Assembly (NCBI GenBank): GCA_002269645.1
Contig: NIVC01001530.1
Span: forward strand, 1 to 64,000
Direction: 5' to 3'
DNA length: 64,000 nucleotides
Origin: Macrostomum lignano
Taxonomy: Eukaryota
This document shows, one piece after another, positions 30,501 to 42,780 of the stretch. The position numbers and the translations under genes were made by a program. Numbering within the stretch: the stretch's first letter is position 1; each line of letters opens with the position of its first letter. The notes beneath the pieces were generated by a model. It did no database searches and was not told where the DNA came from. It saw nothing but the letters and a program-made list of their open reading frames with translations.

Positions 30501-33184
30501 GAAGCATCGTTCAAAGAAGCTGCGTCAGTTACGTCGGGGACAGAAAATTGCCGATAAGGATTGGTACGATCGCAGGCTGCAGGTGCGAACCATTTCCTGA
30601 TTTTGTTGTGCAGATTGACCCATTCTCTATGCAGATTGACCCATTATCTATGCATATTGACCCATTCTCTATGCAGATTGACCCATTCTCTATGTAGATT
30701 GACCCATTCTCTATGCAGATTGACCCATTCTCTATGCAGATTGACCCATTCTCTGTGCAGATTGACCCATTATCTATGCAGATTGACCCATTATCTATGC
30801 AGATTGACCCATTCTTTATATGCATATTGACCCATTATCTATGCAGATTGACCCATTCTCTATGCAGATTGACCCATTCTCTGTGCAGATTGACCCATTC
30901 TCTGTGCAGATTGACCCATTATCCATGCAGATTGACCCATTCTCTGTGCAGATTGACCCATTATCTATGCAGATTGACCCATTATCTATGCAGATTGACC
31001 CATTCTCTATGCAGATTGACCCATTCTTTATATGCATATTGACCCATTATCTATGCAGATTGACCCATTCTCTATGCAGATTGACCCATTCTCTATGTAG
31101 ATTGACCCATTCTCTATGCAGATTGACCCATTCTCTATGCAGATTGACCCATTCTTTATATGCATATTGACCCATCCTCTATGCAGATTGACCCATCCCC
31201 TATACAGATTGACCCATTCTCTGTGCAGATTGACCCATTCTCTGTGCAGATTGACCCATTCTCTGTGCAGATTGACCCATTCTCTATGCAGATTGACCCA
31301 TTCTCTATGCAGATTGACCCATTCTCTATGCAGATTGACCCATTCTCTGTGCAGATTGACCCATTCTCTATGCAGATTGACCCATTCTCTATACAGATTG
31401 ACCCATTCTCTGTGCAGATTGACCCATTCTCTGTGCAGATTGACCCATTCTCTGTGCAGATTGACCCATTCTCTGTGCAGATTGACCCATTCTCTGTGCA
31501 GATTGACCCATTCTCTGTGCAGAGTGACCCATTCTCTATGCAGATTGACCCATTCTCTGTGCAGATTGACCCATTCTCTGTGCAGATTGACCCATTCTCT
31601 ATGCAGATTGACCCGTTCTCTGTGCAGATTGACCCATTTTCTGTGCAGATCGACCCATTCTCTGTGCAGAGTGACCCATTCTCTATGCAGATTGACCCAT
31701 TCTCTATGCAGATTGACCCATTCTCTGTGCAGATTGACCCATTCTCTATGCAGATTGACCCGTTCTCTGTGCAGATTGACCCATTCTCTGTGCAGATTGA
31801 CCCATTCTCTGTGCAGATTGACCCATTCTCTATGCAGATTGACCCATTCTCTATGCAGATTGACCCATTCTCTATGCAGATTGACCCATTCTCTGTGCAG
31901 ATTGACCCATTCTCTATGCAGATTGACCCATTCTCTATACAGATTGACCCATTCTCTGTGCAGATTGACCCATTCTCTGTGCAGATTGACCCATTCTCTG
32001 TGCAGATTGACCCATTCTCTGTGCAGATTGACCCATTCTCTGTGCAGATTGACCCATTCTCTGTGCAGATTGACCCATTCTCTGTGCAGATTGACCCATT
32101 CTCTGTGCAGAGTGACCCATTCTCTATGCAGATTGACCCATTCTCTGTGCAGATTGACCCATTCTCTGTGCAGATTGACCCATTCTCTATGCAGATTGAC
32201 CCGTTCTCTGTGCAGATTGACCCATTTTCTGTGCAGATCGACCCATTCTCTGTGCAGAGTGACCCATTCTCTATGCCGATTGACCCATTCTCTGTGCAGA
32301 TTGACCCGTTCTCTGTGCAGATTGACCCATTCTCTGTGCAGATTGACCCACTCTCTGTGCAGATCGACCCATTCTCTGTGCAGAGTGACCCATTCTCTAT
32401 GCCGATTGACCCATTCTCTGTGCAGATTGACCCATTCTCTGTGCAGATTGACCCATTCTCTGTGCATATTGACCCACTCTCTGTGCATATTGACCCATTC
32501 TCTATGCAGATTGACCCATTCTTTATATGCATATTGACCCATTCTCTGTGCAGATTGACCCATTCTCTATGCAGATTGACCCATTCTCTGTGCAGATTGA
32601 CCCATTCTCTGTGCAGATTGACCCATTCTTTATATGCATATTGACCCATCCCCTATACAGATTGACTCCTCCCCTGTGTAGATTGACCTCCTATACAAAT
32701 TGACCCCTTCTCTATGCAAAGTGACCCCCTCTTCTATGTACATTGACCCCTCCCCTATTTTAACTGACCCTTATTGTTCCACTTCTTTTCTGTATACATA
32801 AATTTCTATATTGATGACCCTGTCTAGATCCACCCCTTTCATATCTAAACCGGCCCATCTATTGTACATATATAGGGTAAATTCAACCTTGTATACACAA
32901 TGCCCACCATCTCTACATAGCCAATTATCAATCGAACTAAAAACCAACAGGCCAGAGAAAAACTTCGCCAAAACGCACCAGCTGACCCCAATAGCGAGGT
33001 CATCTACGACTACGATGACGACGATGATGACATTGTCGATCGCAGGCTGGAAATGAAAGAGCGCACTGCCGATCTGCAATGGGGCGTCGATAGACTCAAA
33101 GCTGTGATGGACAAAGTGGCTACCAGGCTGGCCAGACTCAAAGAGAAATTTCGCGAAGCTAAAAAGAAAAGACAGTCAAATTGA
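27600..33184 (+). CDS. CCPG1/PBXIP1-like single-pass membrane protein (putative ER-phagy receptor), 4 exons, ~729 aa
   Basis: Exons 27600-28532, 28980-29264, 29875-30582, 32921-33184, all phase 0 and GT-AG, with an open joined frame ending REAKKKRQSN*. It has an acidic disordered N-terminus with LIR-like SSDWEIVD and FIR-like SSVEVL, a basic patch RHRQRQYRHR, TM WLSVLCLVALAFAVGLGLGHFNG (resembles recalled CCPG1 CVILALVIAISMGFGHFYG), then a coiled coil. The exon 1 donor and exon 4 acceptor are the least certain junctions. Confidence 0.72.
28565..28850. repeat. Minisatellite, 30-bp unit (CCPG1-like intron 1); same family as HEATR5B intron 7
   Basis: Unit CCAGCCTC(C/T)CAGATCCTCAGTTGCTGGG(C). 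Confidence 0.92.
29330..29800. repeat. Minisatellite, 60-bp unit made of two 30-bp halves (CCPG1-like intron 2)
   Basis: Unit TGGTTGCTAGGAGTAGTCTTATTTGATAGCTGGTTGCTAAGGAAAATTTCATTTAGGCAT. Confidence 0.93.
30608..32760. repeat. Minisatellite, 21-bp unit, ~100 copies (CCPG1-like intron 3)
   Basis: Unit GCAGATTGACCCATTCTCT(A/G)T; a variant block recurs at offset 588 (28 units). Confidence 0.96.
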
Positions 33185-33299
33185 AGAGAAAAACAACTGA
33201 ATTTTTTGTTGGATTTTGGGTTTACGTTTTAGGTGTTGGCGATATTGATAATTCGATTTGTCATTTCTGATTGACCAATATGCCATTTTCAATAAAGTG

Positions 33300-34200
33300 T
33301 CATTTTTTGATTGATCCATGTGTCATTTTTGATTGATCGAAGTGTCATTTTTGATTGATCAAAGTGCCATTGATTGATTGATCAAGGTGCCATTTTGATT
33401 GATCAAGGTGCCATTTTGATTGATCAAGGTGCCATTTTTGATTGATCAAGGTGCCATTGATTGATTGATCAATGTGCCATTTTGATTGATCAAGGTGCCA
33501 TTCTATTTATTAATCAAGGTGCCATTTTGATTGATCAAGGTGCCATTTTGATTGATCCAGGTGTCATTTTGATTGATCAAGGTGCCATTTGATTGATTGA
33601 TCAAGGTGCCATTTGATTGATTGATCAAGGTGCCATTTGATTGATTGATCAAGGTGCCATTTGATTGATTGATCAAGGTGCCATTTGATTGATTGATCAA
33701 GGTGCCATTTGATTGATTGATCAAGGTGCCATTTGATTGATTGATCAAGGTGCCATTTTGATTGATCAAGGTGCCATTTTTGATTGATCAAGGTGCCATT
33801 GATTGATTGATCAATGTGCTATTTTGATTGATCAAGGTGCCATTCTATTTATTAATCAAGGTGCCATTTTGATTGATCCAGGTGTCATTTTGATTGATCA
33901 AGGTGCCATTTGATTGATTGATCAAGGTGCCATTTGATTGATTGATCAAGGTGCCATTTGATTGATTGATCAAGGTGCCATTTGATTGATTGATCAAGGT
34001 GCCATTTGATTGATTGATCAAGGTGCCATTTGATTGATTGATCAAGGTGCAATTTTGATTGATCAAGGTGCCATTCTATTTATTGATCAAGGTGCCATTT
34101 TGATTGATCAAGGTGCCATTCTATTTATTGATCAAGGTGCCATTTTGATTGATCAAGGTGCCATTCTATTTATTGATCAAGGTGCCATTTTGATTGATTA
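33300..34200. repeat. Intergenic minisatellite, 21-25-bp unit
   Basis: Unit (TTGA)TTGATTGATCAAGGTGCCATT, containing the palindrome TTGATCAA. Confidence 0.93.
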
Positions 34201-35189
34201 ATTACAAGCTAAGTTTTAGTAGTTAAATTTGTCAGAAAAAATATTAGTTAGGATGCCATTTGAATTATCAATTGTTTAAATTTTTGTGTAGCTTATTAAT
34301 TTTTGGCCTGCTAGTGATTACCCTTTTAAATATTAACCCGCTTAACTTAAATTTCTTTATATTATATTGAATAATTCAAACTGAGAAATAAATTTTCCCA
34401 TAGAAAAACTAAAATGACGTTCTTTAATTTTTTTGTAAATATGCCATATTTTTGTAAATAATTTTTTCTTCCTTGTAAATTCGCAATTGTACATAGCAGA
34501 ATACCGTGACGTCATCTATCATTGTTTAAACAGCTTGTTCTAAACTTGTAAAACAAAAAAATCATTATGCATATTCAGCATATAAATAGTCCTGTATAAT
34601 ATCCTTTCTACTTTAAGTAATACTATTTGGTTTTGTGTACAGAAAGCGTGACGACTCACTCAACTATTTTGATTTGCGTTTCATTCTCTGCAAAAACTAT
34701 AACTCTTTCCATATTTAGATATTTCTCATCATTTTTTCTGCATCAATTTTTACAAGAAAAATCGTTATCATCATTTCCATAAATAATCTGCATTGTTGAA
34801 ATCTATTTTCTGAGAAAGCATCCTGTTTTGGAGTTGTCTATGTGCTTTGATGGCTACTCAATAGTAGTGCAGTAGCTTCATCGTTTTTTAATGTACGATT
34901 GCAATACTATTTTAGTTATTTATATATACACCCTCATTTGAGTTTATCTTATTTATCTAATTAACCTTCCTTTACTCTCGAGGTCGAGTTTATTATTTTT
35001 AATTATAATTTATTTATACTTGGTTTTGGCAGAGTTCGCGTTATAAAAGTAAGCTAAGCTTTTAATTAATAATTTAAAACAATATTTTTGATTATTAAAT
35101 AGCAAGTATACTGCAGATACTACTGATTATTCAGCAGAAACCGCGATTTTATCAGTATAAATTTTTGAAGTTAATTTCTTTGATTAGAA

Positions 35190-35645
35190 GATAGGGAGAA
35201 GATGGAGAAGATAAGGGAGAGGATGGTGAAGATAAGGGAGAGGATGGGGAAGATAAGGGAGAGGATGGGGAAGATAAGGAAGAGGATAGGGAAGATAAGG
35301 GCATGGGGAAGATTGGGAGAGGATGGGGAAGATAAGGGAGAGGATGGGGAAGATAAGGGAGAGGATGGGGAAGATAAGGGAGAGGATGGGGAAGATAAGG
35401 GAGAGGATGGGGAAGATAAGGAAGAGGATAGGGAAGATAAGGGCATGGGGAAGATTGGGAGAGGATGGGGAGGATAAGGGAGAGGATGGGGAAGATAAGG
35501 GAGAGGATGGGTAAGATAAGGGAGAGGATGGGGAGGATAAGGGAGAGGATGGGGAAGATAAGGGAGAGGATGGGTAAGATAACTTAGATAAGGGAGAGGA
35601 TGGGGAGGATAAGGGAGTATTAAGGAGCAAATGAGAGTAGATAGG
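35190..35645. repeat. Purine-rich minisatellite, 21-bp unit, upstream of MINDY
   Basis: Unit GGGAGAGGATGGGGAAGATAA. Confidence 0.92.
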
Positions 35646-35802
35646 GAAGATAAAAAAAACATAGGAAAGAAAGAGCGTATATAAATGAACTAAAGCCTAT
35701 TTCGCAAATAACACATTTCATGCTTACTAAACGGTGATTAAAATTGCCAAGGAGTCATAAAAAAACAAAGTCTAAGCAACTTCATAGCAACCAGCTCTTA
35801 TC

Positions 35803-38800
35803 ATGAGCGAGCAAGATGAGCAGGAGCAGAAACTGCATCAAGATGAGCAGGAACAGGAACCGCAACAACAGCAGGAGAAGCTGGAGCTACAGAAGCAGTC
35901 TGAAGAGAGTATTACTGTTGAGCAAATAGAGCAGCCCAAAGATATCGCTGGTTCATCATCGGGGAGTAACTCTGCTCCAGTGGTAGCTGCTGAAAGGTAC
36001 AGTCAATGTTAAAAAACGAATATAATAGTATAATTGGGTGTTCTCCTTAGCAACGGAATCAAGTATGGACGTACTCGTAGTTTTCGATTACCTTAGCAAC
36101 AAATGCTAGCATCGGTATCCCTTAGCAACGAATGCTTGCATCAGTGTCGCTTAGCAACGGATGCCTCCCTAGCAACGGATGCTTGCATCGGTGTCCCTTA
36201 GCAACAGATGTTTTTATCAGTGTCAATGAGCCTCTTCACGGCAATCGGTTCTAGAACCAGAATAAATTCGAGTTCTAGAACCAGAACCAGTGTGAAATAA
36301 GGAGCTTCGAACCCATTTTATGTTTGACAGTCTTTACAATTTAATTTTGTCGTTCTTTGACTTTGTTTCCTCTTGGATATGACAAAAAAGGAATAATTAT
36401 ATAACAATAATAAAAAATTGACGATTTCAAATATATTTTACTGTTAAAGTGTAAACATGACAATGGTTCGAGAAAATTTCTCGAACCATATTCTAGAACC
36501 AGAACCATGTTCCAGAACTGATTCTGTTTTTTCGAACCATCAATATGAAGAGCATCGAACCGGTTTGGAACCGGTTCTGTTTTTCGAACCGGCGATATGA
36601 AGAGGCTCCCTTAGTAATGGATGCTTGCATCCATGTCCCTTAGCAACTGATGTTTCTATCGGTGTCCCTTAGCAACGGATGCTTGCATCAGTGTCCCTTA
36701 GTATTGGATACTTGCATCGGTGTGCCTGCCTTAGCCACGGATACTTGCATCGGTGTCCCTTACCAACGGATGTTTTTATCGGTATCCCTTAGCAACGCGA
36801 TGCTTTCATCGGTGTTCCTTAGTATTGGATACTTGCATCGGTATCCCTTAGCAACGGATACTTGCATCGGTGTCCCTTACCAACGGATGTTTTTATCGGT
36901 ATCCCTTAGCAACGCGATGCTTTCACCGGTGTCCCTTTGCAACTTATGCTTGTATCGATGTCCTCTAGCAACAGGAAATATCTTCATTCTATTCACCCCT
37001 ATCTAACACTAATAGCATGCCTTTTTTAGCAACACTTTGTTAAAACATTAAATTCGTCTCCTTGGCAACCAAAAATAGTTAAAGCGTCTCGCCCTTTATT
37101 GAAAACAGAAGCACCAATGCCAGTTACATTGACAGCGCCGGGACTGACTCCTCAGACATCTACCATGTCAAATGGATTCGCCACGCTGGCAAGCAGCACC
37201 CGGTGGTGACACAGAACATCAACGGACCGTGTCCCCTGCTGGCCATCGCCAACATCCTCCTGCTAAGAGGGACTATTAGCCTGCCATCCGGTTGCGATTA
37301 TGTTGCCTCGCAAGATTTGATGCAGCGCCTTGGCGATGCCCTTCTCGACATTGTTACTAGGCAGCAACAGTCTAATGCCGGGAATAAAGACGAGCAGAAT
37401 AATTTGGAACAGCTGGTTGGCGACTCCTTGTCTCTATTCCCGAGACTTCAGACTGGACTGGATATTAATATCGGATTCTCTGGGTGAGCTGGGGCTGGGG
37501 AGAGGCTAGATTAGAGAGTGGGAAGAGGGTAAATTAGAGAGTGGGAAGAGGGTAAATTAGAGAGTGGGAAGAGGGTAAATTAGAGGGTGGGAAGAGGGTA
37601 GATTAGAGGATGGGAAGAGGGTAGATTAGAGGGTGGGAAGAGGGTAGATTAGAGGATGGGAAGAGGGTAGATTAGAGGGTGGGAAGAGGGTAGATTAGAG
37701 GGTGGGAAGAGGGTAGATTAGAGGATGGGAAGAGGGTAGATTAGAGGGTGGGAAGAGGGTAGATTAGAGGATGGGAAGAGGGTAGATTAGAGGGTGGGAA
37801 GAGGGTAGATTAGAGGGTGGGAAGAGGGTAGATTAGAGGATGGGAAGAGGGTAGATTAGAGGGTGGGAAGAGGGTAGATTAGAGGATGGGAAGAGGGTAG
37901 ATTAGAGGGTGGGAAGAGGGTAGATTAGAGGATGGGAAGAGGGTAGATTAGAGGGTGGGAAGAGGGTAGATTAGAGGGTGGGAAGAGGGTAGATTAGAGG
38001 ATGGGAAGAGGGTAGATTAGAGGGTGGGAAGAGTAAAGAAGTGCGTGGAGTGTGGGCAAGAGGTTATTATGTCACATTTTATAATTATAACAAATTTACG
38101 GTTAATTTATTCTTTCAGCTACTCGAAATTTGAGTACACCCCCGAGTTGGACATATTCGACCGATTCAACATCGAGTTGGTTCACGGCTGGGTGCTGGAT
38201 CCGCAGCAGTGCGATGTTGCTCAGTTTATCGAGCAGTTGACTTATAATCAGTTGGTTGAGAAGATCATCACGGCTAAGAATGGCGAAGATCAAGAATTGC
38301 TGGCTCAGGGTAAGAGGCAGAACATTTTACTCTTACGCTACATACGTGACAATTTTAAACTTCAATTATTTTTCACTTTTGTTTGCAGCAATTGCGGCTG
38401 AAGAATTCCTAAATTGCAGCTCCAATCAGCTGACTGTGTTCGGTTTATGGCAGTTAACCGAATCGTTGAAGGAGGGATCGCTGTGCGTGCTGTTCAGGAA
38501 TAACCATTTCTCGACCTTGACTAAGCACCAGGTGACTAACTCTAACTCTGAAGATCATTTGGGCTTTCCACTGTCACAGATTCTCGAGGTTATTTGGGTT
38601 TTCCACGACCATTCACTCTTAAATCTCAGGTTTAGTGATGGGTGCTTTCCGCTGCCACTGACTCTCAAGGTCATTGGGATTTCCGCTGTCACTGACTCTC
38701 AAGGTCATTAGGATTTCCGCTGCCACTAACTCTCAAGGTCATTGGGATTTCCGCTGTCACTGACTCTCAAGGTCATTGGGGTTTCCGCTGCCACTGACTC

Positions 38801-39407
38801 TCAAGGTCATTGGGATTTCCGCTGTCACTGACTCTCAAGGTCATTGGGGTTTCCGCTGCCACTGACTCTCAAGGTCATTGGGGTTTCCGCTGCCACTGAC
38901 TCTCAAGGTCATTGGGATTTCCGCTGCCACTGACTCAAGGTCATTGGGGTTTCCGCTGCCACTGACTCTCAAGGTCATCAGGCTTTTCGCTGCCACTGAC
39001 TCTCAAGGTTATTGGACTTCCCGCAGTCACTGACTCTCAAGGTCATTCGGTTTTTTCCAGTGTCCCAAACGAGCTAACGTTCTAAATTAGCCATTGCCAT
39101 TCCACTTTGAGCTGCCTTCGCTCGTTCGCCAAGTTAATATGCTCACAACCGCCCAATATCTATGCAGGGCCAGCTATACCTGCTGGTGACCGACCAGGGC
39201 TACCTTCACCAGCCCGACGTTGTATGGGAAACTCTAAACAACATCGACAACGATAGCACTTTTATGAACGCCGATTTTCGCCGGTCGGACATCGAACCCT
39301 CGGCTGGCTATCCTGTGCATTCTCCCACTGGGGAGGCTATGGATCAGGTGGAGCAGGATAGACAGCTGGCTCTGGCACTGCAGGGGCAGACTGGTGAGTT
39401 CAGTAGC

Positions 39408-39438
<31 letters not shown>

Positions 39439-40012
39439 ATAGTAGCAGTAGTAGTAGTAGTAGCATTAGTAGTATTAGTAATAGTAGCAGTAGCATTAGT
39501 AGTATTAGTAATAGTAGCAGTAGTTGTAGTAGTAGCATTAGTAGTATTAGTAATAGTAGCAGTAGTAGTAGTAGTATTAGTAATAGTAGCAGTAGTAGTA
39601 GTAGTAGCATTAGTAGTATTAGTAATAGTAGCAGTAGCATTAGTAGTATTAGTAATAGTAGCAGTATACTATTAGATGCTGACTGACTGACTACAGTCCG
39701 CAGAGAAAGTTGCCTAGACATGCTAAAAAAGCCCGCAAAAATCGCCAAACCCTAACCCCAGCCGCAGCTCCAGCAGCCGGCGGTCAGTGTCCCTCAACTC
39801 AGACTGACGAGCAACTGGCCTTGCAGCTGCAACGCGAAGAGGAACAGCAGTTTCAGCGCCAGCAGCAGCAGCAGCAGCAACAACAACAACAGCAGCAGCA
39901 GCAGCCAAGGCGGCAGCAACAGCAGCCTAGGCAGCAGCCGCATTATCAGCATCATCAGTCTGCCAGACGGCCCTCTCCACCTGAAAATGAGCGTTCTTGT
40001 GCCATACTCTGA
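35803..40012 (+). CDS. MINDY1: MINDY-1/2 family (FAM63) K48-specific deubiquitinase, 6 exons, ~457 aa
   Basis: Exons 35803-35996, 37109-37483, 38119-38309, 38389-38531, 39168-39393, ~39768-40012. Several in-frame acceptors between 39761 and 39776 follow a CTAAC at 39752. Motifs: YHVKWI, catalytic QNINGPCPLLAIAN, FEYTPE..IFD...VHGWVLDP, FRNNHFST, LYLLVTDQGY, MIU-like DRQLALALQ and DEQLALQLQREEE, and C-terminal CAAX (CAIL). It is co-orthologous to MINDY1 and MINDY2. Confidence 0.94.
36040..36980. repeat. Minisatellite, 29-30-bp unit, interrupted by a MITE (MINDY intron 1)
   Basis: Unit CCCTTAGCAACGGATGCTTGCATCGGTGT occurs on both sides of 36228-36608. Confidence 0.88.
36228..36608. mobile_element. 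MITE-like element (381 bp) with 11-bp perfect terminal inverted repeats
   Basis: Starts GAGCCTCTTCA (36228) and ends TGAAGAGGCTC (36608). Internal palindromes are GGTTCTAGAACC and ATGGTTCGAGAAA-A-TTTCTCGAACCAT (36463-36489). It has an AT-rich non-coding core and splits the host array. No clear TSD. Confidence 0.72.
37500..38034. repeat. G-rich minisatellite, 23-bp unit (MINDY intron 2)
   Basis: Unit TGGGAAGAGGGTAGATTAGAGG(G/A). Confidence 0.95.
38640..39050. repeat. Minisatellite, 34-bp unit (MINDY intron 4)
   Basis: Unit GCCACTGACTCTCAAGGTCATTGGG(A/G)TTTCCGCT. Confidence 0.93.
39400..39670. repeat. (AGT/AGC/ATT/AAT)n trinucleotide-based repeat (MINDY intron 5)
   Basis: AGTAGTAGCATTAGTAGTATTAGTAAT...; reads as poly-Ser in frame with exon 5. 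Confidence 0.9.
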
Positions 40013-40127
40013 AGCTTGAGCACTTTGTGATTACTTCATAGTTTAAAAATTATTCTATTTTTATGCACTAACTAACACTTCTTTATTATTTATTGACTTG
40101 TCCGGCACTAAAAAACCTATTAGAAAT

Positions 40128-41225
40128 GTTGACTGACTGACTGACCTGTCAGAGATGCTGACTGACTGACTGACTGACTGACTGACTGACTGACTGACTG
40201 ACTGACTGACTGACTGACTGACTGACTGACTGACTGACTGACTGACTGACTGACTGACTGACCTGTCAGAGATGCTGACTGACTGACTGACTGACTGACT
40301 GACTGACTGACTGACTGACTGACTGACTGACTGACTGACTGACTGACTGACTGACTGACTGACTGACTGACTGACTGACTGACTGACTGACTGACTGACT
40401 GACTGACTGACTGACTGACTGACTGACTGACTGACTGACTGACTGACTGACTGACTGACTGACTGACTGACTGACTGACTGACTGACTGACTGACTGACT
40501 GACTGACTGACTGACTGACTGACTGACTGACTGACTGACTGACTGACTGACTGACTGACTGACTGACTGACTGACTGACTGACTGACTGACTGACTGACT
40601 GACTGACTGACTGACTGACTGACTGACTGACTGACTGACTGACTGACTGACTGACTGACTGACTGACTGACTTGAGTGAGTGGGTGACTGACTGACTGAC
40701 TGACTGACTGACTGACTGACTGACTGACTTGAGTGAGTGGGTGACTGACTGACTGACTGACTGACTGACTGACTGACTGACTGACTGACTGACTGACTGA
40801 CTGACTGACTGACTGACTGACTGACTGACTGACTGACTGACTGACTGACTGACTGACTGACTGACTGACTGACTGACTGACTGACTGACTGACTGACTGA
40901 CTGACTGACTGACTGACTGACTGACTGACTGACTGACTGACTGACTGACTGACTGACTGACTGACTGACTGACTGACTGACTGACTGACTTGAGTGAGTG
41001 GGTGACTGACTGACTGACTGACTGACTGACTGACTGACTGACTGACTGACTGACTGACTGACTGACTGACTGACTGACTGACTGACTGACTGACTGACTG
41101 ACTGACTGACTGACTGACTGACCTGTCAGAGATGCTGACTGACTGACTGACTGACCTGACTGACCTGTCAGAGATGCTGACTGACTGACTGACTGACTGA
41201 CTGACCTGTCAGAGATGCTGACAGA
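40128..41225. repeat. (GACT)n microsatellite, ~1.1 kb, with CCTGTCAGAGATGCT and TTGAGTGAGTGGGT interruptions
   Basis: Near-perfect tetranucleotide array starting ~115 nt after the MINDY stop codon. Confidence 0.97.
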
Positions 41226-42391
41226 CCACTGAGTATATCCATATGCATACTCTGTCGGTAACGGCTTCAAGTGTTGATAGCGGCACGGTGCCTGATAAAA
41301 ATATTGCTATTTTGTGCTATTCCGAGGCCAATAAACAAATTAGTTGAGCAACCTTTAATTTGCACTTTATAGTATTGTTGTTTGTTCTAGATTTGCCTAG
41401 TTCTTTTTTGTTCAAAGAAAGCACGATTTCTCATATTAACAATGCGTCATAACCATATTAAATATTATCAAATGTCTTTCCCAAACATTTCTCTATAATG
41501 ACCTTGTTATAAATATTATTAGTCTGTGGTTATTATGGCCCCCTTTTTTACAATTTGTACATTAATATATATTGATTCATATTTTGATTACTGTGTTGTT
41601 AAACCAGTTTTTCTTGTGTAGTATGTACGATAATTATTTGTTTTAGTCTTCACTCTGTTAATCCCCCCTCTGATCTTAAGGTTTGTTATTATTCCATTTT
41701 TCAATTTTACTGAAGGCTCTTCCAGTCGATTCATATCTGTTGTTTGATATAATCTGCTAATTTTGCTCTACTGATTTCTTGTCTTTTTACCTGTGCTTTA
41801 TGTTCAAATATTGCCCCTGGATTCTAGCCTCCCTCTCTCCTCTCCCTCTCCTTTTCTCCCTATCTCCCTCCCCGTCTCCCTCTCTCACTCCTCCCCCATT
41901 TCCCCTGTCTCCTCTCTTCCTCGTAATAGTTTCATATATATATATATGCTGTATGCGCTACTTATGCGGACACGAGTAGTATGATGTGGCGTTTTTTGAC
42001 AATATTCTTATTTCTGCGCACAGTTAATTAATTCCTATTCTGCGAATTCTGAATTATCAAAAAAACTAATATATTGTACTGCGCGCAAGACGATTTAACT
42101 GACTGAATAGCGTTTGTTTATAAATTGGCTCATACTCGTAATTATTGTTTTGGGCTTAAAGAAGCCGGCCAAAATTTAATGTTACATTCTTTGTTATCAT
42201 CCAATATGTAAGCCAATAATTTATCAATTTTTTGCTTGAAAATTTGAGCATAGACGCAAAAATAAAATACTGTTTGATGTGTTATTGTTAATCTCTCAAC
42301 TTCACTGTACAAGGATAGGAAGTCTTGTGGTCTATTTTCATGTATGTAGCACTGTGTCCCAAAACATCACTGAAGCTATTAAATTTTCTGC

Positions 42392-42780
<389 letters not shown>

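Noticed and set aside
31028-32649. ~500-aa ORFs in several frames (HREWVNL, CTENGSI, QIDPFSV, CRLTHSL)
   Set aside because: A 21-bp array inside CCPG1-like intron 3; openness in multiple frames on both strands is an artefact.
39697-39710. First AGs after the MINDY intron-5 repeat as the exon 6 acceptor
   Set aside because: They are out of frame with the phase-1 donor and would lose the MIU and CAAX; in-frame AGs follow at 39761-39776.
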